Shown piece after piece: positions 26,201 to 38,200 of a stretch of 60,485 bases of DNA; within the stretch, counting starts at the first letter, position 1, and every line of letters begins with the position of its first letter. The notes under the pieces are model-generated. The model saw nothing but the letters and a program-made list of their open reading frames with translations. It was not told where the DNA came from and made no database searches. The DNA comes from Chiloscyllium plagiosum. Lineage: Eukaryota. Location: contig NC_057719.1 in the NCBI RefSeq assembly GCF_004010195.1, positions 94,593,674-94,654,158 on the forward strand, read 5' to 3'. A program made the position numbers and the translations under genes.

Positions 26201-29200
26201 ACTCAAGACTTTGGTGTGCAGAACCAATTACAAAAATTGCAAATTGCACAAAACTTGGAAATATTGTGAACTATAAAGAGGATTGATAAACTTCAAATTT
26301 ACAGATTTGTAGAATGTATGGAAACATGACAAGTGAAATTTAATCTTGGTAAGACTAATGATGGAAAACAATGGGATGTGGGAATATATATACGCATTGT
26401 TGAAGCTAACAGGACAGTTTATAAATGTAATTAATAAGCTATGATCTTTATAAATTGATGCATGTGCAAAAAATCACAAGAAAGATACAATGAATCTTCA
26501 TACAACCTGGTTCAATCTCAGTGGGAGTATTTTATCCAATTGTGCACACCATACTTTAGGAAGGATATCAAGGCATTGCAAATAAGATAGATTTAATAAA
26601 GCTCAGATGTTCTCTTTGGAGAAGAGAAGGTTGAAAGGAAATTCAACAAAAATGTTTTAAAAAATCATGAGTGGTATGGCGAGTAGATAGAGCGGAACTG
26701 TTCCTGTTTTCAGAAGGATCAAGAAACAGAGGACACCAACACCTCCTCTAGTCATTTTCCTTCATCGACCTGTCCCCCTAAAGGAGATTTTGGTGATAAA
26801 GGGCATGGTTACTGAGTGACAAAGGGGTCCTCACAAGTAAAGAAAGTACCTGCAGCGGTAAGGGCTGAGGAGAAGGTGTTATGGAATAATGGAGGGAAGA
26901 AGGTTAAGGATGTTGGCTGGAAGGAAGAACAAAACCAGTGCCTTGATTTTGGATTTAAAAAGTGGTCTAAGAGCTCCTTGTATTTCATGTCATGGAAGAG
27001 TACAGTAGAACATTGTTGGAATATGAATGACGAATTCTACAGGAACCTTATCCAAAAGAGATATCCATAGACAAGATTGTAGCGTAGAAGTGGTTGCAGC
27101 AGCTTTCTATTGCTTTTTATTGTCCACTTAATTTTAGCCATTAGATTTGAAATCACAATGTTGCCTGTTGTACCAGTTAGAAGATTGACTCCGATATAGT
27201 TGCACAATGATGTCAATCAAATCATTATAATATTTTTATTGAATGAAGCATCATGCCCTTCTCTGTAAAAAGGTAGATAATCTTGATTGGTAAAGCCATG
27301 TGAAAAGTTGGCATGTGATGGAGAACGTTGCTGAGAAATTGTCAAGGTATATAATTATCGTAGTGGTGAAAATGTTGAGTTTAAGTCATGCTGGGTTTGA
27401 AGTTACTGAACTTTGGTATCAATATTGAGAATTCAATATAACAAGAAAAAGAAAATACATGTAAATATTTTAAAATCTTCTTTGTATATTTCTTTACTTT
27501 TTGCAGACATGGCATTGTAACACTACAAGCTCAGTCTGAAGCCAACAGAAAACTTTGGTTGGAAGCAATGGATGGAAAAGAGCCAGTATGTGATTATATA
27601 TAACAAAGATGGTTATCAGTATTCCTTCCTGTTACATTCATCTCCATGTTCCACATGTTGTGGCATCCAATCAGTGCCCCGAAGATAATGCTGATTGGGA
27701 AGGGGGAAAGGGATGTGAAGTGCGATTTTCTTTTTTCTGAGCCTCCTCCTCTCTCTTGCTCCTGTCTCACTTCAGATCCTCCACTTTGAGTTGAGCTTGT
27801 GTTCGGTTTATGGTTTAGTCCTCCTGGAGGCAGCCAAGGAGAAACAATAAAAATTGTTTTTTTTTGATATTTCAAGTCATTTGCTCTTCGATCCACAGGG
27901 CTGTAAGAAAGAAGCCTCACAGTCAAGTATCATCTTTCTTGTCCTGTAACATAATTTTTAATTCCCACATTTGCTTTTCCAGTTTGTACACATTGGGTTG
28001 AACCTTTCAAGCCTGCTGTTAGGATGGTGGATGGGAGGTGGGGGGGTGGCATGGCAATCTTAATGAGGTGAGAGGCAAAAAATGCAGCTTCCCATATGTG
28101 GGTTCTACTTTTTGAATCAAGTTTTCAGAACCTTTCAGACACGCTACTGATTGGTTAAAATGCATTTTAAGATACAAAACTAATTATTCCATACCCTAAA
28201 ATTCACAAAAGAAAATCATATTTTAAATCCTTTTCATAAGACATGGCACAAAACTGAGTGGTAACAAATGGCTGAATTGTGATAACATTTGGGAAAGGGT
28301 AACTGAAAAATGGCTGTGTGCTGTGATTAGGAGACAGTGAGAATTGCAGATGCTGGAGAGTCAGAGTTAATAAAGCGTGGCACCGGAAAAGGCACAGCAG
28401 GTCAGGCAGCATCCGAGGAGCAAGAGTCAGCATTTCAGTCAGGATCCTTCTTCAGGACTGGCGAGGGGGAAGGGGGTTGAGAAATAAATTGAGGAAGGAC
28501 AGGTGGGGCTACGGAAAAGATAGGCAATACGTGGGTGAAGGTAGGAGGTGATAGTGACAGGTGGGAAGGAAGATGGACAAGTAGGTCAGGTCAAGAGCGC
28601 AGATCTGAGTCAGAGGGTTGGATCTGGGAGGGGAGATTTGGAAACTAGTGAATTCAATGTTCGTGCCGTGTGGTTATCAGCTCCCGAGGTGGAAGATGAG
28701 GTATTCCTTCTTCAGTTGGATTCACCAGTTTCCGAATCTCCCCTCCCCCCACCCTATCCCAGATCCAACCGTCCGACTCAGATCCACCGTCTTGACCTGA
28801 CCTACCTGTCTATCTTCCTTGCCACCTATCTGCTCCATCCTCCTACCGACCTATCATTATCACAACCTACCTTTGCCCACCCAGTGCCTACCTTTCCTCT
28901 AGCCCCACCCCTCCTTTATCTCTCAATCCCCATCCCCCTTCTCCAGTCCTGAAGAAGATTCCTATCTAAAACATCAACTTACTTGCTCCTCAGATGCTGC
29001 CTGACCTGCTGTGCCTTTGAGGAGAAAGTGAGGTCTGCAGATGCTGGAGATCAGAGCTGGAAATGTGTTGCTGGAAAAGCGCAGCAGGTCAGGCAGCATC
29101 CAGGGAACAGGAGAATCGACGTTTCGGACTACACCTCCTCCCATCCTGCCTCCTGTAAAAACGCCATCCCATTCTCCCAATTCCTTCGACTCCGCCGCAT

Positions 29201-32200
29201 CTGCTCCCAGGAGGACCAGTTCCAAAAACGCACAACCCAGATGGCATCCTTCTTCAAGGACCGCAATTTCCCCCCCGACGTGGTCGACAATGCCCTCCAC
29301 CGCATCTCTTCCACATCCCGCTCCTCCGCCCTTGAACCCCGCCCCTACAACCGCCACCAGGACAGAACCCTACTGGTCCTCACCTACCAACCCACCAATC
29401 TCCATGTACAGNNNNNNNNNNNNNNNNNNNNNNNNNNNNNNNNNNNNNNNNNNNNNNNNNNNNNNNNNNNNNNNNNNNNNNNNNNNNNNNNNNNNNNNNN
29501 NNNNNNNNNNNNNNNNNNNNNNNNNNNNNNNNNNNNNNNNNNNNNNNNNNNNNNNNNNNNNNNNNNNNNNNNNNNNNNNNNNNNNNNNNNNNNNNNNNNN
29601 NNNNNNNNNNNNNNNNNNNNNNNNNNNNNNNNNNNNNNNNNNNNNNNNNNNNNNNNNNNNNNNNNNNNNNNNNNNNNNNNNNNNNNNNNNNNNNNNNNNN
29701 NNNNNNNNNNNNNNNNNNNNNNNNNNNNNNNNNNNNNNNNNNNNNNNNNNNNNNNNNNNNNNNNNNNNNNNNNNNNNNNNNNNNNNNNNNNNNNNNNNNN
29801 NNNNNNNNNNNNNNNNNNNNNNNNNNNNNNNNNNNNNNNNNNNNNNNNNNNNNNNNNNNNNNNNNNNNNNNNNNNNNNNNNNNNNNNNNNNNNNNNNNNN
29901 NNNNNNNNNNNNNNNNNNNNNNNNNNNNNNNNNNNNNNNNNNNNNNNNNNNNNNNNNNNNNNNNNNNNNNNNNNNNNNNNNNNNNNNNNNNNNNNNNNNN
30001 NNNNNNNNNNATTCCTGAAGAAGGGCTTATGCCCGAAACGTCGATTCTCCTGTTCCCTGGATGCTGCCTGACCTGCTGCGCTTTTCCAGCAACACATTTC
30101 CTGCTGTGCCTTTTCCAACACCTTATCAACTATATGCTCTTATTGACTTGGTTCATAGATCAAAGTAACAGCAAAGTGTCAGGGCAGCTTCTGGACTTTA
30201 TGATATTTTTAAAAATTAAGATACATTGGTTGGAATATTACTGTTTCAAATTTTCAGCTTAAGAGTAAATAGATCGATTAGTTTTTAATGAAATTTATAA
30301 CACAAACAATATGTCAGGTGAACTCTATGGAAAATTTCTAAATTGTTTTCATTCAGAGACGATTGCATAGTAAATATTCGATTTCAGTATTAGTGCTTTG
30401 CTTTTACTGCTCAATTTGAAATTTTACCTCAAATTATAAAAATCAAAAATTACTACAGGTAGTTTGGTATTTTATCAACATTGTCAAATTGTTAATAATA
30501 CCTTTTTTTCAGATATACACTCTGCCACCTCTTAGCAAGAAAGAAGAATGTAAGTAACTTTGTCATCTTAGAAATGCATGACTTATTATTGTTCCTTACA
30601 CATGGTTTAAAGGTTTTAATATATAGCTGTTTATTTTAAATGAATACAAGCAAAATAAAGTGGCAAATCTATTAAATGTAGTCACCTATTAAAACATATC
30701 ATCATATGTTATCAAGCAGTACACATCAAATTGTGTCACAGGTATGTGCAATTCATGCCAAAAAAACTCATGGTTTTCTGTATTTCAAAATAATTAATTA
30801 TATAGAGTTGTATAGCATATAAACTGCGATTTGTTACTCCTACATGTGAAGAAGATAAAAATTTGTAAAAACCAAAAGAACTGCGGCAGCTGGAAATCAG
30901 AAACAAAAACAGAAACTGCTGGAAAAGCTCAGCAGGTCTGGCAGTATCTGTGGAGAAAAATTGGAGTTAGCATTTGGATCAAGTGACCCTTCCTCCAGTT
31001 CTGACGGCAGCACGGTGGCTCAGTGGTTAGCACTGCTGCCTCACAGCGCCAGGGACTTGGGTTAGACTGTCTGTGTGGAGTTTGCACATACTCCCTGTGT
31101 ATGCGTAGGTTTCCACCGGGTGCTCAGGTTTCCTCCCACAGTCCAAAGATGTGCAGGTCAGGTGAATTGGCCAGGCTAAATTGCCCAGAGTGTTAGGTGT
31201 ATTAGGCAGAGGGAAATAGGTCTGGGTGGGTTACTCTTTGGAGGATCGGTGTGGACTTGTTGGGCTGAAGGGCCTGTTTCCTTACTGTAGGGAACCTAAT
31301 CTAGTTAACTCTGCTGTCTCTCTGCAGATGCTACCAGAGCTGCTGCGCTTTTTCAGCAATTTTTGTTTTTGTTAAAAATTTGTCACCATCTGTCAGTCAA
31401 AAATAAAAACAAGTCTTGTCTTTATTTAATATCTTTCAAGCTTTCCAGCTATGCATTAGCACTTTGCAATCAATAAATTATTTTTGAAATGAAGACACTG
31501 TTACACTGGCAAATGTAGCAAATAATTTACACAAGCCCACGCTCCACAAGCAATAATGAACTCAACAGCAATCTTTTTGTTGTTCCAACTGGGGGTAAAT
31601 TTGACCACAAGAAGTGCCCCATTCACATACTGCCATTGAGATCTTTTGCATCCTCCTGAGTAGGTCAACCGTGACGTCTCAATCTCAACAGTACAATGCT
31701 TCTGAATTGCTACAGTAAAGTTGTATCCTAAATGTCTTGTTCTGGTATCCTTGTGCTCTCCATTCATTCTCCAAGACATGCTGCATTGCAACTACAATGC
31801 CTGTTGTTGTGGTTCTGTTCGCCGAGCTGGGAATTTGTGTTGCAGACGTTTCGTCCCCTGTCTAGGTGACATCCTCAGTGCTTGGGAGCCTCCTGTGAAG
31901 CGCTGGAGGAAAGATCACAGAAGCGCTTCACTGGAGGCTCCCAAGCACTGAGGATGTCACCTAGACAGGGGACGAAACGTCTGCAACACAAATTCCCAGC
32001 TCGGCAAACAGAACCACAACAACGAGCACCCGAGCTACAAATCTTCTCCCAAACTTTGAACTAGAATGCCTGTTTGTCCACCCGTGTCTAGGAGAAATTG
32101 GTTTGTGCACACATCTTGAACACAATAAGAGTTCTCTCAATATCTGTGACACCAAAGCTCCTGAGATTGCAACTTCCAAACTCTCAACTGCTTCTATTGA

Positions 32201-35200
32201 AAGGGACATGGGCAGCAGATACATGGGAACACCACCACTTACAAATCCAGGAATGTCTCTCCCCTCTCCCCCCCACCAAAGAAAAACAGCATTGTGGGCA
32301 TATCAACATCAAATGGACTTCAATGTTTCAAGAAGGTAGCTTACCATTATCTTCTCAAGGGCAATTAGGAATGAGCAATGATTTCCTCAAGGCAGTGGAG
32401 CCTACATCCCCTGAATGAATAAAAATCAATTACTCCCTGTAGAATTGTGCAATTCGAAACAACTGTAGAAAACAGTGAACAATCATAGATCCATAACCAC
32501 AGCGAAAGAAATTAACCAGCCATTGACCTCTAAATAATTGATGATCCTTTTAAATAAGATTGGTGGGAATCCTTCCTGTTGCTAAATGTGTGTTTAGCTA
32601 TGCAGGGTTAAAAGAAGGCATTGCTGGAGTGCTGAAGTCCTAAATCAGCATTGTATGCTGAGCAATGCAATGATCCACCTGCTCACGTATATGCAGAGAC
32701 CATGCAGTGTATTTTGTAACTCTTAAAAACTTTAGGAGGTAATGTTCTTTTCCCACTGCCCCCAAGTCTCACGTCTATCTTATTATGGAGCTTGAAATCC
32801 ATTTTACTTCTTTAAAAATACTTGCTAAACTGAGAGGAACCAACTCAATAATCCTATTTAACCATTTAGAATTGTCTTTTAATAAGTGTTACTAATTTTG
32901 AGATTTTCTCTTTAATATCTCATCCATTATGCATTATATTAATTTTTTCTTTTCAGTTATTTAGCTGAGACTGCTGGCAAAGGAACATTCTGTTTTGGTT
33001 AATGTAACTTGCAGTTCAAATATATTTAAAACCTGTTCAATGTTACTTTATCATTGGGAACAAAGAACAATAACTGCCTCTTTTTCTTGAATATTTAGCA
33101 AATTCATTTTATGTTGCACTCCATAAAACAACAGATACAGACAGCACATGTAGACATGGGAATTTCAGTAACTAAAAAAAAATAGGCTCAGATTTAAAGG
33201 TTCCATTGGATATTTGTTGAAAGGTGATTAACTTGAGTTTTAATGTTGTTGAAAACTATTTTCAGATACATGACTAACAAGAATAACATTGTAATTTCTA
33301 TGTTTTATTCTCCCGAATTTGCTGAATAATTACTTGTGAAACTAAGGGATGCAATTTTGTTTTGCAGTGTACCTTAATGAGGCAGGTTTTAATTTTGTAA
33401 AGAAATGCATTGAAGCTGTGGAGGCAAGAGGTATGAGATTGACTGCTTTTTCTTGATACTGAACTTGTAAACAGTGATTCCTAAATGGGCAATTTTGTTA
33501 AAATCACAAATTTATTGTCAATAGCATGACATATTTTGAGTCAAATCCTCCAAGTATGTTATTCGGTTCAGCAGCATTGAAGATACGTTTCACTAAATAG
33601 AGCACCGAGATTGCAGGGGAAAGATATAGCAGGGGAATCGAGTGAAATGGGGGGGGAGAGAAGGTCATGGAAAGAGGAACTGGATGATTGGAAACAGGTG
33701 AAGAACAGTGTGAGGGGAACAATCCCTACAGAATCAGAATGAAGGAGTGAGGTTGTAAGGCCTTCCTGGGTGCCTATTGCACTCTCAACTACCTTCTCCC
33801 TAGCCCCTCCCCTCCCATTTATCTATCCACGAGGCTTGCAGCCTCATTCCTGATGAAGCGCTCCGGCCCGAAGCATCGATTTTCCTGCTCCTCGGATGCT
33901 GCCTGACCTGCTGTGTTTTTCCAACACCACTCTAATCTTGTTGCAAAGTTTTAGCCAGCTGAAATATCATGTCAATTTATTGCTGCCAGCATGAGGAGAC
34001 AGAGCCTCCAGAACTTCTTTGTGGTATAAGTGAAAGAAACTATGTGCAGAGCAGCTGTAGAATCGAAAGGAGGATTTACAATCGTGTATTTCAAAATGCA
34101 TTTAGGCATTGAAAAGCTGCATTGAAAGGTTCGTGTTGCAGTTTTGATAAAAAAGTTTGCTTTGTTTTATCAATTCTGTTCGCAAAATACTTGCCATTGA
34201 TAAATCTTTCACTTGAAAAGCCTGTCGGCAAATAATTATATTCTTACATAGTTCCACTTTTGGTTGTGGAGGTTAATACATCTTTGAATATTCATATCAA
34301 TCACAGCATTACCTAACAATGTTACTGGTACTGATACAGATAAATATTAATGATTTTCTTGAGTTTTTATTGACTGAGTCTGCCTCCAAAGTTTACAATG
34401 GAATTGGATTAATTGATTAATATTGATTTGACATTTTTCACTTCATTGATTTTCTATCTGCCCTTTCTGTGATATACATTCTTTCACCACCGTGAATTGA
34501 TCTCATTTTGAATTGTTATTAAAACTGTACTTTGAATCTTTCAAAGCAGTTTATCAAACCCCTGATGCACCTTATTCTTCGATGGCAGGTACATAGTACC
34601 TTTCACTTTATAATCATGTGAGTGCCACTCCATGACTAACCAGTGGGAGGTGTACCTCAGTATTATAGAGTTCATACTGCTTAATCATACCAGTTGAACA
34701 CAATTTATCAAGAATTGACAAAACTGATATTCATCCTGCAATCAGAAATGTGTGAATGTCTGATGAGACTCAGAGCTTGATTTGTTGCTATTGGTGGCAG
34801 AGATCTCTGTATATTGCCTCTAAGTTGGCAGCTGAGTTAAACCTATGATATTTGTCCAACAACAAGCTATGCAAGTAAAGCATATACATTGTTGGAAACA
34901 AATTTATTTTTGAGCTGAAGATTATAATCATCTAAAGTTTTCATCCAGTAGTTCTACAAACAAAACTGGAAGAACTAGACAAAATTAAAATCTAAAAGGT
35001 GTGGAAGCTGGAAATCTGAAATAAAAACAGGAAATGCTGGCGTATGGTTCTATATATAGAACCTAAAATCTATTTTACTTTATTAAAAATACTTGCTGTC
35101 GTCTTTATGGTCTGGCACTATTTGTGGAGCGAGAAGGAGTTAGGGATTCAGGTCTGTGACCTCTCATCAGAAACCTTTCAAAGTCATTGATTCTGGAGAA

Positions 35201-38200
35201 GAGCTGGAAGGTTGGAAAACTGCCAGTGTGACACCCCTGTTTAAAATGGAGGGAAACAAAGAGAAGGTAACTCTGGCTGATTAGCTTCACGTCTACTGTT
35301 GGAAAAATGTTGGATTCCATTATTAAGGAAGTAAAGAAGCAGCTTTGAAAAATCATAGTCAAGCAAAGTCAGCATGGCTTCATGAAAAGGAAATAGTGTC
35401 TGACTGATTTATTAACGTTTTTTAAGGAAGTCTTGAGCAGAGTGAGTAGATGGAAGCCAGCAGATTTGTTGTATTTGATGTCAAGCAGGCATTCACCTAT
35501 AAACAGTGAAGTCCACAAGATAAGAGCCCATGCTGTTAGAGATAGTAAACTGGCAGGGGCAGAGAACTGGCTAATGGGCAGGAAAGTGCACGTGGGGATA
35601 TGGAGTTTTCTTTCAGGGAGGCAACAGGGAACAGACCTAGGACTGTTTGTTGTTTGTAATAGAGCATAGAACATAGAAAAGTACAACACTGAACATGCTC
35701 TTTGGCCCACGACGTTGTGCCAAGGATTATTCTGAATCTAAAAATAAAATACCCTAACCTACGCATCCCTCAACTCACTGCTGTCCATGTGCATGTCCAG
35801 CAGTTGCCTAATGACTCTGCTTCCACCATCACCGCTGGCAACGCATTCCATTCAATCACAACTCTCTGCGTAAAGAACCTACCTCTGACGTCTCCTCTAT
35901 ACCTTGCTCCTAAATATCTTAAAACTATGACCCTTCGTGCCAATCCGTCCTGCCCTGAGGAAACGTCTCTGTCTACTGACTCTATCCATGCCTCTCATTA
36001 CCTTGTATACCTCAATCAGGTCACCTCTACTCTTCTCTCCAGAGAGAAAAGTCCAAGCTTAGTCAACCTCTCTTCGTAAGACAAGCCCTCCAGTCCAGGC
36101 AGCATCCTGGTAAACCTTCTTTGCACCCTCTCCAAAGCCTCTGTATCTTTCCTATAGTAGGGCGACCAGAACTGGACACAATATTCCAAGTGTGGTCTCA
36201 CTAAGACCTTGTAGAGCTGCAGCAAAACCTTGCGGCTCTTAAACTCAATCCCCCTGTTAATGAAAGCCAAAACACCATATGCTTTCTTAACATCCCTATC
36301 AACTTTGAGGGATCTATACACTTGAACACCAAGATCCCTCTGTTCCTCCACACTGCCATGAATCCTGTCTTTAATCTTATATTCAACATTCAAGTTCGAC
36401 CTTCCAAAATGCAATGCTTTGCATTTATCCAGGTTGAACTCCATCTGCCATTTCTCAGCCCAGCTCTGCATCCTGTCTATGTCATGATGCAGCCTGCAAT
36501 AGCCCTCGATACTATCAAAGGCATCTCCAACTTTTGTGTCATCTTCAAATTTACTAACCAACCCCTCAACCTCCTCATCAAAGTCATTTATAAAAACTCC
36601 AAACAGCAGAGGCCCAAGCACAGAGCCCTGTGGGATACCTCTCAACACTGTCCTCCAGGGAGAATACTTTCCATCTACAACCACACTCTGCCTTCTGTCA
36701 GCCAGCCAATTCTGAATCCAAATAGCCAAATCTCCCTGTATCCCATACCTCCTGACTTTATGAATGAGCCTACCATGGGGAACTTTATCAAATGTCTTGC
36801 TGATGTCCATATATACCACATCCGTTGCTCGACCTTCATCTACCTGTCTTGTCAACTCCTCAAAGAACTCAATAAGATTAGTTAGGCATGACCTGCCCCT
36901 CACAAAGCCATGCTGATTGTCTTTAATCACACTATGCTTTTCCAAATCGTCATAAATCCTATCCCTCAGAATTCTTCCCAAAACTTTGCTGACCACAGAC
37001 CTGAGACTGACTGGTCTGTAATTGCCAGGGATTTCCCTATTCCCCTCGAAACATTTGCCTCCGTCCAATCCTCCGGTATGACTCCCGTGGAGCGTGAGGA
37101 GGTAAAGATCCTCGCCAGCGGCTTAGCAACCTCCTTTCTCACTTATCAGAGCAGCCTGGGATAAATCTGGTCTGGCCCTGGGGACTTATCAATCTTAATG
37201 TTTTCCAAAATTTCCAGCACATCAACTTCATCAATCTTGATCTGTTCAAGACTGTATCCCAGCTCCTCAAAGTTCTCATTCACAACAAGGTCCCTTTCCT
37301 TTGTGAAAATGGAAGCAAAAAAACTCATTTAGGGCTTCCCCTATCTGCTCAGACTCCAGCACAAGTTTCCTCCGCTATCCCTGACCAGTCCTACCTTCTC
37401 CCTGATCATTCTCTTATTCCTCACATATGAGTAAAATGCCTTTGGGTTCTCCCTAATCCTTTCTGCCAAACCTTTTTCGTGCCCCCTCCTGGCTCTCCTC
37501 AGTCCATTTCTGAGCTCCTTTCTAGCAAGCTTATAATCCTCTAAAGCTGTGCTAGATCCTTGCTTCCTCCACCTTACATAAGCCGCCTTCTTCCTTTTGG
37601 CGAGAAGCTCCTCTATTCTCATTATCCACGATTCCTTAATCTTGCCCCTTCTTACCTGTCTCAGAGGAACAAATTTGTGCATCACTCACAACAACCGCTC
37701 CTTAAACAGTCTCCACATGTCTGCTGTGCCCTTTCTGTGGAACAATTGCTCCCAGTCTGTACTTCCCAACTCCTGTCTGATAACGTCATAATTTCCTTTT
37801 CCCCAATTAAATATCTTCCCTCAGTAACTTCTCCTTTCCCTCTCCAAGGCTATGGTAAATGTGAGGCAGTTGTGATCACTGTCACCAAAGTGTTNNNNNN
37901 NNNNNNNNNNNNAACAACAACCCTGCTACTTCTGCATTTTCCAAAATCTGTTGGCCTATGAATTCTTCAATCTCCCTCCTCCTATTAGGGGGTCTGTAGC
38001 AAACCCCTAATGAGGTGGCTGCTCCCTGGCTGTTCCTAACTTTCACCCATACTGTCTCAGTCGACAAACCTTCCTCGATAACCTTTGTTTCTGTAGCTGT
38101 GATGCATTGTCTGATTAGCAATGCTACACCCCCTCCTCTTTTTCCATCCTCCCTGTTCTTTTTAAATGTTCCAACCCTGGAACATCAAGCAACCATTCCT

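Larger units (their letters stand above)
29019..30099 (+). mobile_element. young 5'-truncated Penelope element with inverted terminal repeat, spanning an assembly gap
   Basis: 29128-29411 encodes [32 protein letters not shown]...LVLTYQP (Penelope RT C-terminal region); inverted repeat at 29019-29127; TSD CCTGCTGTGCCTTT at 29005-29018 and 30100-30113. Confidence 0.88.

Noticed and set aside
28983..30129. Long ORFs of 245-362 aa
   Set aside because: They are open only because they cross the 599-N gap; just 29128-29411 is real (Penelope) coding sequence.
31006..31075. tRNA-like sequences at SINE heads (also 1343, 41267, 46459)
   Set aside because: They are SINE Pol III heads fused to core and tail domains, with no complete cloverleaf.
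31803..32023. Reading the hairpins as MITEs, DNA transposons or pre-miRNAs
   Set aside because: The arms are asymmetric, TSD lengths vary from 9 to 16 bp, and the same sequences terminate Penelope ORFs.
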